Shown piece after piece: positions 12,505 through 27,500 of a stretch of 64,000 nucleotides of DNA (its first letter is position 1; every line of letters starts with the position of its first letter). Source of the DNA: Lingula anatina (Eukaryota; Animalia; Brachiopoda); assembly GCA_051362555.1 (NCBI GenBank), contig CM120645.1, positions 5,580,001 through 5,644,000 on the forward strand, read 5' to 3'. The translations under genes and the position numbers were made by a program. The notes under the pieces were generated by a model, which saw nothing but the letters and a program-made list of their open reading frames with translations, did not search any database and had not been told where the DNA came from.

Positions 12505-15500
12505 TCAAGATCGTCTGCACACCTCGGGAAACATCAAATAGAACCCGCCGCTTGCGATCAGATAAAAAATAATAATCAGCGCCAGAGGATGGGCGGGATT
12601 CGTTTTCACTTTTGGTCCTTTCTTTCGGTTCTCTCTCCTCTTCTTGAGTTCTGCAACCTTGTCCTCCTCCTCCATTTCTTTCGTGTAAGTCCAGTGAGGG
12701 ACGCGGACCAAAAGATAGGTGAAAAGAGGTTCGTCCTTCATCAACAGGAGGGTATAGTTGGCGCTGTTCAAACCATCCTGATCCTGTCTACCGTTAGATG
12801 TGTTGAGCAACTTTTCTCTGGAATAAGAATTAAAACATTACAGCAATGTGTATGTTAAGAAACAAAATAGCTGAATTTTTGTCAAAATATACCAGACAAG
12901 GGTAATCTAACCGGTATTTTAGCCCAAAAAACGATTCCGTAATAAGAAAAAAAAGCAAAAATGGTGTTTATTTGACAAAGAATCTTTGAAAGTCACACCT
13001 GTATAAGAAGGAAAAAACTGGTGATGATTTCCAACGGCACAGGCCCAGCTGCATTTACACATCAGAATGCAGAGAACATAACATCCTTCAATGTCACTTT
13101 ATGTAATTTATGAGCGTTTTAACTTATTTTAAGATTACACGAGAAGAGACGTCCTAGTGGGGAGCCTTGGGGAATACACAATTGGGTAAATTAGTTGCTG
13201 CTGTACTCCAACTGCGTTACTTATGTACTCAACGCCTTCCTCGCTTTATGACCAATATCACAGTAAACTCTACACAGGTTTTAGAAATTTGCTGATGTAG
13301 GGCTGTATTCCCAGAGCTTTTAGATCGATCTATCCCCGCGGGGAGTCTCACTAGATTACTGTCAGATAATCCGGCTTAAATGTCCGTCCCGCCTACTACA
13401 AGCTGTGAGGGGGTAATTAACTTTGGTGTCCGCTCGGCTGACAGCTATTTAGCGTGAACCCCCAGAGAGTTAGGTCGATCTAAAGTAGATCGATCTAATC
13501 TCTGGAAATGGGGTCTAGGTCTCACTTCACTCGTTTCGCATTGAGTAAATGATTTATCAAAACATCAAATTTCAACAAAATTTCCAGTCAAACGTAAGGT
13601 ATTGATCAGATGGTACTTCCTGTGTTCCATTCCTCAGTTGTATGGTGAATTACGGCCGTTTTAAATCACAGTTCAGATTTGGAATTCACATTCGGGCCTT
13701 GTTCGTAATTTTAAAGAAACCTTGGATTTTTTACTTTTAATTACTGTTTATTACAATTAATTAAGTTAGTTTAGCTCTTATTTATATAAAATATATCTTA
13801 ACCATTTTTATCTATAAACTTCTTTGTATTTTATGTTGTACGGTCTATTGAACATTTTATGGATTTTAGACTTGAAATAAATATATTATTATTATTATTA
13901 TTATATTATTAATTCAACAAACGGATGTTTTTTTTTTTATTTCAAATGTCTGAAACAACACAACCTGTACTTCTTCATTTTACATTAAATAATTCAGCGA
14001 TAACATAACATAGCCGTGTTTATTGACTGCTAAATATTTCAGCACAAGCTGCGAGTTCTAAATCCATACAAGGCATCATTTGCTTTGTCACTTCACTGAA
14101 TCATTCAGGAATGTCATATCTCGTTTATATTGACATTATACGCAGGCATAAAGACATCACACGGTCATTAAAAATCATCTGCGTACAAAAAAAATCCAAT
14201 TTTGAAAACCTTGTGAGTGCGCCAGTCACGCAAATACGTCTGCATGTTGAGCAACATCTAAATAACCCATGATAATAAAGCGACGGGTGTGAGTAATAGG
14301 CGTTCGGTACTATCCAGTTTTTTTAATCAAAATATCCCCAAAAAACGAATATAGAAATTACACTGACTTGTGTTATACAGTGTAGTTACAAAAGGACGAT
14401 GTTTTTCATTATAAGCAATGACTTACATTCTAGTAAATTTGACTGAATACTGTCTCTGTTGGTGGCTTATCATCGTGTACCGTCCGATTGTTTTGTGGGG
14501 GCGCTCGTGTGCCAGACCCTTGTTGAAAATTCTGAAAATGTAACGTGGGAAATGGTAAATACGTGTCATTTGTCTTCACACGCACACACAGACACACTTC
14601 TTATTTGCAAAACAGTTCAGTGAAAAAAGCACATATATGACAATAAGAATGTATTAACTTCCGTTCAAATTTTGGGAGCTCTGGGTGTACCAGTGCGACT
14701 GCGTCGTTTCTAGTGATACCGCTGTAACCCCGCCTAATGGTCCCCGAGTTACAGTGGGACTACATATTAATAAATAGCAGGGAGTTGCAATGAAGCCCTT
14801 ACTTCCTAAAACATGACAAGAACGGTAGTCTGCTAGGAACCGTAGACCTTTCCCCAAAACTGTACAGGTGACATTCGTCCCATATACTAACCCCAATACT
14901 CCCACTAACCCTAACATGTGCTCATAACATGTGTCTCCGTGCTTCTATTTCTGAACTGCCACTCCTGTTACAATGGCCGTGCTGATAATGCAAATGAGAC
15001 AGCCGCGTCCCAACTCCCTTTCAACGAAAAATCAGCCATTAAGCTGATTTTGCACTAGAGGAGATATTCACCTGTTAGTCATATCGTCGTCTTCTCCACC
15101 CCAGCCCCAATAGTTGTTAGAGTACCCGTTCACCATTTCAAAATGACTCAGTGGAAACATGAGGACGCCTCCCACTAGTTCGTCATAAGGTAATCTGAAA
15201 AAAAAAAGGAATAAAAATGATAGAGATGGTTTTATTTCAAAGACATTCTTAATCCGATGAATAGAGTCATTTCGTATCATCATGAGCATATTAAATTTTC
15301 GGCTGGTAAAAAATAGGCAGCAAACATCATGGGCCATTTTTTCTTTCGGAGGCTTACATTCTGACTAGTAAATCCGGCAGAAATTGAATAATTTTTGAAA
15401 AATTATTATCAAAGGATTATTATGAAAAAAAATTGTTAACATTCTCTCTGTGTCACAAACTTACTTGTAGTCGAATTTGCTGACGGCCGGCGATAGATGG

Positions 15501-18500
15501 CGCGGCTGTGAGGAGCAGAGATACATGTTATTGTCGTTCTCAAGTAACATGTCAATGTCGTGGAAGATGACACAGTCGAAGTCCATTCTTTGACGCATTT
15601 CCCTGTACGCCGCATTCATTATAAGACCCTTGTTGAACGTTCCATTTCCGTACTGAAAAAAAAAAGACATCGTAAAAGAGAGATACTTCAAGAATTTAAC
15701 GGTTTGACGTCTTTTTTTCTTGATGCATGTCAATAGTCCAAAGGTTCAATTTTCCGTAGGCTCACTGTCAAAATGTTCACGAAAGAACACTTGAACCAAA
15801 GAATCTTCTTATAAGAAAAGTGATGAAAATTCTATGACTTTTCGAACTAACATTGAACCTTCAGACCAATGAACCTTTGGACTATCGAGACGCACACTTT
15901 TTCCTTTTTTTCAATATTTTTCTTAACTGATAACTGTCAATTCAGCAACTTTAAAGGCAACCAACACACTATCCCTCCCTCGCCATTTCCCCAGGATATT
16001 CACCATCACCGAGTATACCCTTATACGCTCTCAGAAACAAACCCACCTGTTCCACAACGACAACCCTGTAGTCAACCAACTGCCGCCTGAGAATCGGATG
16101 GTAATGGTCTAACCACATCAATAGGTGGGGCCACCGGTCCCTATAGGGGATGATAATGATCACGCGAGATCTCGCGGTACAGTTGAGAGGGGACCACTTC
16201 CCGCCAGCAGTCAAGCCGGTGTTGTTGGCGAGTATTCTCTTTATGGACAGCACCTTCACCCGAGGTATCTGGATTTTACCCACTGGAAGAGAAATTGGAG
16301 AAAATAATATTTTTTCCGTGATGTTTCTACCTAGCACTGGAAAAGAATCCAGGAAATAAAAACATAAGTCTACACAATTTTAATGTACCTTGAATTTATG
16401 TCAGTAAAAGAACCGAGCACGTTTCACATAAAAACTTCAGTCTAAAACTTGTCCTGAGCTTATTGACCTTTGATCACTTGAATTCGAAGGTTCACTTCAA
16501 TCAGTTATTAACAGGAAGTAAGTCTTTTTAATTACGTAACTCCTGGTCTAAAACAATAGCAATTGTGATACTAAATATCATTATTTACTTTATATCCAAT
16601 TTATCTGGATGGGCGGAAAATTGATACGATCATAATTGGGCAAAAGTCACGACAGACGAGTGGACTACGTGTGAAACCGCTAGACACGATCTTTTACATA
16701 ACGCCACGACACGCACATGCACATGCACGCACACGAACGTCATCTTTCACGTCAATCAACACGTTGGCGCTGAGTCTGTTTAGTTCGTTTGACAATAACA
16801 ACTCCTCTTCATCAAGGCGGGGGAGGTGGGGTTTCAAACTGTATAAAGTGACTACATATTAAAAGAAAAGCGGTTAGCCAACCTGTTCTCAAATTCGCAG
16901 TCGGGCACACACATACGTATATCACATACGCCTCGCCGACTCGTGCTGTATCTATTACCAAACACCCACTGTCTAATCACGAAAACACAAACACGCCTTT
17001 CGTTTCTCTGACCACGCAAGGATTCTGAGAAATGGCATTTACGACTTGTTGTCCACATGTCGATATAGGTGACTGTTTTACGTGATTAGCACACAAAATC
17101 AGACAGGTTTCAATTAAAGCGTCCCTCGGCGACAATGGTTAAAGGAAACACGAACCAATTTATTTTGACATTTCCATCAAGCGAACTGAAATGACCCGTG
17201 CAGTCGAAGAAACCTTCACAGTTCAGCGCAGGCAATCCGTCGGGAAGAAACCACAATCGATTCGGGGAAACGGTACCAGGTTTAATTACGTAAATATATT
17301 GAATCTTGTGTCAAATACGCGTAATGAGACTAGACGCGTTGATCTTAATTCAGAGATAAGAATGTTTCGAGGACTCAAGTTTCCATGGCAACACTCGTCC
17401 TCATTTTCCCGAAGGAAAATATAGCAAGTTATGCACGTTCAAAACATTTTCTTACCTAAACCGTAAATAGCCAAACTGACGTCACAAGACCATCGCGTCA
17501 AACAACGGGCGTCTAATATGACGTGTCAACGCGCCTCATAACCCTGAATATAACATTAGGTAACAAGGGCCTCGTGTGACGTCAGATTAAATTTTTGGTT
17601 TAAGCTAGAACCCATTAGGCAGTTTAAAGGGCCCTAGATGCAAGTTGGATCAATTCTGATCGCTCCTAAATTTACGAAGATGGATTCGCTGTCACTTGGG
17701 GAAAAAAAGAGTTAAACGTATCCTATATGTCCTTTGAGGCCGATTTATTCCTGCAAACTTTCAAATGCGTTAAGTACAAAGACTCTAGTCTTTCTACAGA
17801 CTGGGGAGAAATTGCCCACATCTTGCCATATTTTCAAATCTTTAATGATCTAATGAAATCTTTTTTTATTTTTTCACAACGAGGAAAAGTAACAATGATC
17901 CATTGGAAGACCCAAATTAAATTCGTAGTATTCTAAAGGTTTAAATCATAATAATAAGATAACGAGTCAAAGAAAAGTACAACCATCAGATGCAGATAGG
18001 AGAGTTATCATGATATATTGTTGTTCAAATTCATATTGAATGCTGTTGATAATTAATTCAATTGTTCCGAGAGGTGCACTATATTCTATCATATACAGAT
18101 AAAACGGCTCCAGTTTACGTGCAGATATAAGACTTTAACTTATTAATGACATCAATAATACTATCGAATATATTCCCGTAGAAGAGGGATATTTTTTGTT
18201 TCTGTTAAGACTTAAGAATATGTGATTATATATTTCATTTCTGTTTTACGATCAAAAACACAGAAAGTGAATAAGAACGATGCGTAGGACGAACGCTTTT
18301 GCCACCTACGGTGCATTTACCACTTGGAGGCATAACAACTCCCCGTATGAGATTCATATTTCACAATAAATGCATTGTAAACAACTCATAGAAATATAAT
18401 CAATTCTATTTGACCACTAAAACGGCGGTTGTCGCAATTATTCTGGAATCTGTGCTTGTCATCAGACCACCTGACCTCCATCGATGGCTACACTTTGTAA

Positions 18501-21500
18501 TTATCTCTTATTAAAATATTATTACAAAAACCAAACTGAAAACAACATGTACTGACTTCAAATGTCGGAATGAATTTTTTAATAACTATTGGTTAGTAAG
18601 TTGTCGTTTACCCTAGGAAAAGCCTTTTCTTTTCAAAATGATCAGTTGTTATCTCTTTAAATAGAATACAATTCAGCTCAACACGCTGGAATAAGTCAAA
18701 ATACAATTAAATCCCACGCGAGTTTATACCAACGATATATAGGAAAGAGACTGAGAGCGTTATACTTAAAAAGAAACAATCTGCTTCATATGATGCATAT
18801 TCCGAAGACGTATTATTTAAATATTTTTTAAATATTCGACAATCGGAAACCTCAAGAACGCCTGGGAACGTTTTCTCAGTTTGCTCTATAATAAGGTACA
18901 CGACACAAAATATAAGACAAGCACCCTTTCGGAGAATAAAGACCTCTTCGTTTTCTGTGAAAACCCGCCTATAAATGCATTCTTTGGAAAAGCAGGCCTC
19001 ATTAACATTAATTTGCCATTTGCTATCAAGAGCCTCAGATCCGGGAGCACGAATGCCCAAATTAACAACTCGAGCTGTGATTCAATGCACGAACGTGAAA
19101 TGAGTTGCCTTTCATAAGGTCTGAAAGTACTCGCCCTGTTCATAACATGGGTGTTTTTTCTTTCCATTAAGAGCTGGTGTTGTTCTAAACGAATTTATTC
19201 GATTCCCACTAGTAAAATCAATTCTGCCGATGTAGGACAAACTTCGGTTATTGCACCACGTACTGCCATAGGCTACGTCGTTCTTCATTATCTCATTTGC
19301 GATGTCAGTGCAATGCCTTTTAGATCTGTGACGTGAAATAACAATGCCGCATTAGAGACGCCGAATAAAACTTCAAAAATAGTTTTTTTCTTACTCTTAT
19401 CTTCGTTATGTCTTCCAAAATCCCAATTAATTCTGTAAATGTGTAGATACGTTCTTGGCATGTTTGGACAAAGCTCTTTTACTCGGTATAAAAAAAGGTC
19501 GCTCTCATCATATTGTAATTAAAACCGTCAGGATCCTTGGGTAAAAAGAAAAGGTTTACCTAATATGTTCATGTACATGATGTATTTTAATCAGCTTGCA
19601 CGATAAAAACAGTTCGAAAACTGGATTAAAAGAAGGATCCATAACAATAAAAAATACTCTAAGCTTTAACATACATGCTTGTTTTGACAACTAATAGAGA
19701 AGTGACTTACGCTTTATGTGTTGTTTTGTCAAGAAAAGAAATGCAACAATATAGTGTAAATGTTACTCGAACTAAAAATATTGACTATTTGTGGGCAAGC
19801 GATTGACGTACGCTACAAACCTGTACGTGCGTAACAATGCGTTTTCAAAAACCTTAGAATCCCTTTCTACTACTAGTATTGTGTGCCCTAAAAAAAAAAA
19901 GAAAAGAACACGGCGACTCGAAAAATATGACGCAACTATTGACTGACTACAGAATAGGAGTCCAGTTTCATCTAACACGGAAGTAAGTCGAGGCATCGCA
20001 ATACCTACTATGGACTGGGTTTCCAATGGGCGCGCGCGCGTGTATGTGTGTGAGTGTGTGTGTGTGTGTGTGTGAGAGAGAGATCAGCCTTAGGCCAAGC
20101 TGACATGTTTGACAATTTTATGGTGAATAAGGAGATTTTTGGCTGATAAATACAGATATAATTTAAAAAAATCAAAAATTTATAAAGAACGAGAATCTTG
20201 AAGAAATTCTGGCAGAGGACAAACTAGAGATATTGCAGTTGTGTAAAACAGTTTTCCGAAAGATTATTACGTCACAAATCAATGTTAATTACCAATTATA
20301 CACGATAATATATGATGATTAATATTACTGTAAGTCCACACCTTGGCACTACCAACACCGCCTTGTACAATGTACTGTTATTGTACCGCTCTGTACCAAT
20401 GACAAAATGTCACCGTAAAAACAAGTACTACCTCAGTATCCTAAAAATCCATTTCAGTAACGGGATTAATCTGATTCCCCGTTGACTCCCACCTCAGCCA
20501 TCAACTTTAACGCAATGGGACGTAATTTTAACCACATACACACAACCAGGGACGAACAGGTAGATAAAAAAAAAGCCATTGGGGTTTGTTTGCCCAACAG
20601 ATTAAACCAGGGATTTCTGTCTTTAAACAAATCTAGCGTAACTCGGACAGTTCAATATTCAAAACAGAGAAAGCATCCCATTTGTTTTACAGTGCGTGTG
20701 TGTCCATACGCGCGTTTATGTTATTCTAACATCTGACCAATAGGGGGAATCCAGTCTATACATGGTTTTATGGTTGATTTGTCCAAGACCAAAGTCGTCA
20801 ATATGTTGTGCTAACCTGCATACCCGGTTAGGGTAGCTTATGTAATCATCATTCTAACAATGGCGGAGTAAATATACGGGCCTAGCTATTGGCGCGCGAC
20901 TGGTCTTGGCAAAGTACGCGGCCACTGGTTCTTTGTAATGGCTCCCTGCATATAAACAACCTATGTCGACTTGTATGCATTTGTCACGCATTATGAAGAT
21001 TTAATATTCACTCATGGTTCTAAGTCAGTAACAAAGTCTCCCAGTCTCGTCGCGTCGCTTCCCACGTAAAAACATTACATTAATATACAGCCAAATCCAG
21101 GCAACCAAGTTTAGGCTACAAACCTACACTTAAAACAGAATTCATGCCCTTTTTTACAAAAAACGTATTTGCGTGCACTAGCTATTGTGAGCGTATCCTT
21201 ACATTCCTCATGCATATTTACGTGCGTTGGAGCTAATACCATTTAGATGAGAAATATTTTATTACATGGCGACACTATACAAAGTGTTTAATATAGATGA
21301 CAGCCTCTTATGGAGTGTTTACAGAATAAGACTACACCCAACTATGTTGACAGAGAGAGAGTCTACATTTTACAGTTATTACAGGCCGCTCTTAGCAAGG
21401 CAAAACTTTCACTCGGTCCAAAAACAAAATATTCAAAGCTACACGGCTATATCTTATTCAACTCTGCTTTGGTTTGCTATCTATCATCCATCGCATCTTT

Positions 21501-24500
21501 TATTCCTGGACATTAACGTCTTATGGGCTTTTAGCGAGCACGCAGGACTGCACTACAAGCCGCATCTTTATTATGCGTTAATTTCAAGTTAAGGGGGGAT
21601 CCCATGTTATTTTCATATCTGATATATCCTCCATAAAACTTCACATTCGTGTCACTGCGGCCCATGCAAAAATAAGAACAGGCCCGTAGCCAGCAATTTC
21701 AAAAGGGGGGTTCTTTTTCTGAAAAAGTGGACCTTTTTCCATAAAAACTTCATGTACCTAGATCAAGTTTCACCCAGAGTGGACCTTTTCAAAGCAAAAG
21801 GGGCGGTTCTTTCGAACCCCCCTGGAAACGGGCCTGAAGAATTATGTACACAAATGCATCCCTTCTGGGCAAATCTGAACTCATTGGTAAAAGACATGGT
21901 ATTCCCTGACTACATATTTGTTTTGCAGTTCTAAAGAAATTGTGAAAAAATCCTTCAAGATTCTTTAAAGAGTCAGCTGTTCTGAAAGAAAAATACATTT
22001 AGCCTTCGTGATAAAGAACTACAGGTAAACATGATCGTGTTTATCAAATAAAACTTGTTTAGGTTTGAACAAAGATTCTACGCCGCAACACAAATAAAAG
22101 CACCTTCTGCACTCAGCTGCTAATAAAAACGCCGTGTGTTCGACGAGGACATTTAGCGTGAGTGAGTGGATATTCACTAGCGATCGAGCGTATCTATCGA
22201 GCTTTTCAAAGAATGTTTTAGACCCCATTCCCAGAGATTAGATCGATCCAACTAGATCGACCTAACTCCCTGGGGTTCACGATAAATAGCTGTCAGCCGA
22301 GCGGGCACAAAAATTAATCACCCCCTTACAGCTTGTAGTAGGCGGGGCGGACATGTAAGCCGGATTATCCGACAGTAATTTAGTGAGACTCCCCTCGGGG
22401 ATAGATCGATCTAAAATCTATGGGAATGCACCCTTAAATTCGCGAGAAAACAAGACGCTTTCTAAGATGCTTCAAGCGCTCGTTTTTCATTAACCGACCG
22501 ATCAACTCTTAACGTCATTTCTCTTTTTAAATCGTATTCTTCTTACCAATGGGCCGTCTCACTACGTCTAGCTCACCAGAGGCAGCAAATGATACCCCAG
22601 CTTGGTCCCGGATGCATGGCTTCCCATAGTGAGCTAATCGCAATGAAGAGTACCTGCTCAAATGGGCCGCCCTAGGTCGAACCGACCTAAGTTCAGTGGA
22701 AACAAGCCGTTAGAGACTTGAACTTGCGTGTAACAGACAACGTGATGGAACTCTGCTTTTGTGATACCAATGAAACGCCATGTATTACCATGGTACCTTT
22801 GCATAACCCATAACCGGGACACTATGGGGTGACCTTGTCGTGACCAGTGAATTGATCTACCTTGTCACTATCACAGGTACAGTGCATGACGACAGCAGTC
22901 AAGCAATTATCATCCATCAACCATCTACATCTTCAATAACGTGATATAAACGTTTACGGAACTTAAATGGTGGGCATGGTTTTATCATTCTGACTTTTGT
23001 AGAAGTATCTACATTTGTAGTTGCTATATGGAACTAGAGGAAGAAATTATTTGCTCGGTTCTACACGGATTAGAATTAAATGTGACGGAGGTTTTAATGT
23101 GGCTGAATGAGAAGTACATAATTTCGAAGGCATTGTAAACAGCTTCAAGGTCAAAGTGATAAACTAAATTACATAACCTCACTTCTTTTACAGAAACAAT
23201 GCAATAAACAATATCTCTTAATGGCAAGGACAAGAGTCAATATATCGATGAATAGTAACCTTTGCCGATAGGTCAAACTATTTAGTCTATTACTTAAAAT
23301 TCAATAAATAGCGCCCAAGCTAACTAAGAAAGCGTTCGACCTTGGTTACCTCATATTTTCATTATATCTGTCGACGCGGTAGAAAACAGAGTAGTTTAAT
23401 ACTGTCTGGGTTTTGAGAGGTGCACACCCACTTCAATGGTTGAGTGTCAACCTACCGTAAATCTCACTCAAACATGCAGTTAATTACACCATATAAGGTA
23501 TCAACTGGTTCATATTATTCGGACTCAGTCGATAAAACGTTGGTTTTGTTATCTGTTATCAGTCCACAACAATGAAAAATTTAAAAAATATATCATTGAG
23601 TGGCGTTTGACAAAATAAAGGTCGACTTAACCTTATGTACCTAACTAAAAATAACACAGCACGTAGGTGCACCTGTTGTCGTTACTCTTCAAAGTAGGTC
23701 AAAACCTCTAAAAAACAGGTCAAGTCCAAAACGGTAAGTATAGTGATGTAATACTCTTTATTGCAGAGCTCATATGAATTTTTGGGGGAAACCTGTCTGT
23801 AGAGGGTAGTAACAAAGTGTTTGTACAAAACAAGAAAGAACCGATCAAGCGACAGCTGGTATTTTAAATCCCCAGGAGAGTAATTTTCCAAATTGAAACA
23901 AGCAACGGCGAATCCAGACAATGCCTTCCTTACTTCTCTTGGAAATTTGATGGTTATTGCATTTAAGAGGCAGCTGTCCCAAAAGGCCACAACAGGTCAA
24001 GTGGGCTTTTAGTAGCAGGTGCCCAATGCGTAATTATATTGTATTTAATATGATGTAAGGAAAAAAAATACCACCAAGGGATTAATAAGGAGCTATCAGA
24101 GAGTAATTTGGAGGACAATGTCCTGGCCAAACGGTGCACATGGACTAACCTGAAAAAAAATTTACCGCAAACACACAATATCTCATTACACCTATTTGTG
24201 TTTCACTGGTTAAGAGGGCGCTTCTTTCGAACTCTTTCCCCCAATGGGAGGGGCGTTTTTTATTATTTATTTTATTTATTTTTTTAATACTTTCTCCAGC
24301 TGGTTCTCCTCCCAAAATTATTCAGTTATTCCAATAATGCCGGATCCTTCTCCACTCGGTCTATGATAATATATTCACGTGACAGCAGATCGACGAGAGA
24401 AGAAAGATTTTGACATGAGTGAAATTCAAATAAAAGCGTGATAGATGCACGTTTTCCAGCTCGACCATTATCTTTATCCCGTTCACCACGCAAGCTCATA

Positions 24501-27500
24501 TGAAACAAAGTGGTGCTTTTATATCATTAGTGTGGCTGATATAAGATAATAAGTGATATTGGATTTCCCGTTCCATTAGTCAGATTTCCCAGCATAAAAC
24601 TTAGCACCATCAGTTAATGACTATTTGGTCTAACAAACGCGTTAGTCAGAGTATCATAAATAGTAATTCCCAATGCAAAAACTTATTTGTCATTATACGA
24701 ATTGCGACTACACAACAACATCACGTATTCCAATTATCGCAACTCGCACCGCCAATAGTAATCCATTATACATAACCAACATATCATATATAAGTACCTT
24801 ACGGCAATAGGTAATCTATAGCCATCACTTCTTTTTTATAGCATGACGTATATATGTCATTAACGATTAATTGGTCAGCATGCGAAGGAGAGATATCATC
24901 TTCGATCCCCATCATGTCATTAAGAATCCATCTCTTAAACTGGATTAAGACACAGGTTTTTGGTTCTATACGTCAATTATTTGTCACCTGCCTAAGTGAT
25001 GGACAAAAAAAAACTTCACTAGCTCTTGATCAATAGCTCACAAAGTTCGACATAACTAAGATAAAATAAAAATAATATTTTCATACTGAAATTTCAGTGT
25101 ACGGTCTCCCTGGTGAAATCAATTGCAGCCAACTCAAATTATGATATTGTTCGGCTTCAGAAAAAAAGTTTATAACGGGTGTTTTATATAAGACCTTAGT
25201 TGAGCAGCCTGAACATCGGGTCTGCTTAATATCAAACCTCCGAGTATGCACGATAATCATTGACAACACAGGTGAGCGTGTAAGGAAATCTGAAAATGAA
25301 GACTCTGGCCCTTGGAGTCTGAAACTAAAGCTTAATGTGAGCATACACTGAGAAAAAAACAAAATTATAAGATTCCCTAAGGAAAATTATTCCCTAGTCT
25401 ACACGTGACGACCAAAAACCCTCTACCAAAGCCACAGCTCGATTTTTCATTAGATATTCTCTTGCTAATCCATGACAATTTTTTCTCATGCCCATCAAGA
25501 ATTTTAGCAAGGAATTAATTTCATCACTCAGCTGGTCTCTAGTGTGTAGTAAAAAGTACCAATAATGGCACCGTGCAGGTGCAGAAAAGATATTCGCGCA
25601 CGTGTTTTTGAGCGGAACGGGAATAACCCGAATTGTACGAGGTTGGAAGAGAAGAGGTGTACTATATCGGTCTAGCACAGGTGCCAAGACTGTAACAGCA
25701 CGAGGAGGGTAAAGTCAATGGGGTCAACTGATACAGTCGGTAGAGCAGTTGCTCTAGCATCTCACAGCCTTTCCTCGTGACCGCATTGAGGTCGGGGGAA
25801 AAAGCTAGCAATATTCACAGTGTTGCCATTTCTGCGCCAAAATACATCGCCTCAGCTTTATTGGGTTTAATTATATAAGGTATAGAGAATTAGATGTTAT
25901 GAGATATTCGTGTGTTTCAAATAGGTCAATAAAGATATTGACAGTACAGATAAACCAGTTTTAACAACTCGCAATATACAGATTTGCCGAACTGGACGCT
26001 AGTAATCTTAATACGACTGAAACCACATAGATACGGGATGACCGCGCATAATAATACAAGGCTCCATCTTATCTTCTCCGGTCAATTATGTATACAGGTG
26101 AGATCGACTACTCTTACCTGTAACAACAGACACCGAGTTTACGTTCCCGGTCACATTCTTGCTTGTGTAATGCAGTGATATTGACACCATTGTCCATTGT
26201 AACTGACAGCAGGAATGCTATCACTGCATCCACCCTTTTGCCTAATTGCTGTATATACATTTCCCATTTTAACCCAGGCATGATTGCTTAAGCATAACCG
26301 CTGATCAGATCTTTAAACGTCTTCAAAACAATCTTGGTGGCATTTTATCTATATTTCCTAAATATGTCTAACCTAGGCGACGCATTAATGGGACAGGTTA
26401 ATTGGAAAATGTGGGGGCAATGGGTACACGCTCATTTAAATGCGTCGTCATTGTAAAGAGTGGCTGACACTTTCTCCACACGGTTTGACTTACTTTTCCT
26501 CGTTGTCCTTGTTATAAAAACACGTCATGTGTGTTTCATCATAGCCTTTTTATGTATATATGTGTGTGTGCTTAAACCCATTAAATTTTATAATGTTGCA
26601 AGGTGTGGGTGAGAGAGAAAAAGAGAATGGGGAAGATCGTGTGAGCACGTCTTATAAAGAGAGTAATCAAAACAACTGTTTAATATAATGTGCCGATATC
26701 CTTGCTTAATACCATTCCCTGTTGTTTGTTAAGACGACATTAACACGCACCTTGAGATGGGCGTATAAAAAGACAGGCATTAATAGAAACCGTAATTATA
26801 CAGAACATCCCTTTGACGTTTTATACCTTGTAGAGTAATAGTCATCATTCTAATTATTTTCTTGTCAGAGAAAGGGCCACAAAGATTAATAAGAATTGAG
26901 TGGAAATCAATGTTTCAATTTTACACAAATATTATACGATTTCTTCTTTTCTTCTCTTTTTAGTGGCTACATATTTATTCATTTATATTCTGATTGCGTT
27001 GCTCATGTTGTTTACGTATGCTTGTATGATGATGCACACATGACATTAAAATGATGGATATGTACTTTACTATCAGTATAGCTCATTATTCCTGCCTTTT
27101 AAACACAACCTAGGAGTCTGACAGCATTTTTTACTTTATTCTTAATTACACCGAATTTTGATAAATGAAAATCACCCTCTTTTGCTTTGCATTTTGTTGC
27201 TCACTTTCACTTAGAAAAAAAAAAACTTGGTATTGGTGAGCTTGCATTACAAGTCACGTACAATGCATTCTTTTTCATTACAGTCATCACGCAGTGCCTT
27301 TGTTTGGTGCCCAGAACAGGTATGATATTAGGTAAACATGAAACCCATGCAAATATATGAAATGGAAGAAGCCCCACATATAAAACAATTGGTAGGGAGC
27401 TAAATGAGGGGGTGGGGGGGGGGGGGGGGGTAATGACCCTCTTTATAATCACATCCAAGATGCCATAGACTGCGATATGGACACAATACAGACAACAATT

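Noticed and set aside
12481-12858. 125-aa plus-strand ORF
   Set aside because: It is antisense to the last GT7 exon.
18707-26178. Several 60-117-aa ORFs in GT7 intron 1
   Set aside because: They have no recognisable motifs or consistent splice structure, and their sizes are expected by chance.
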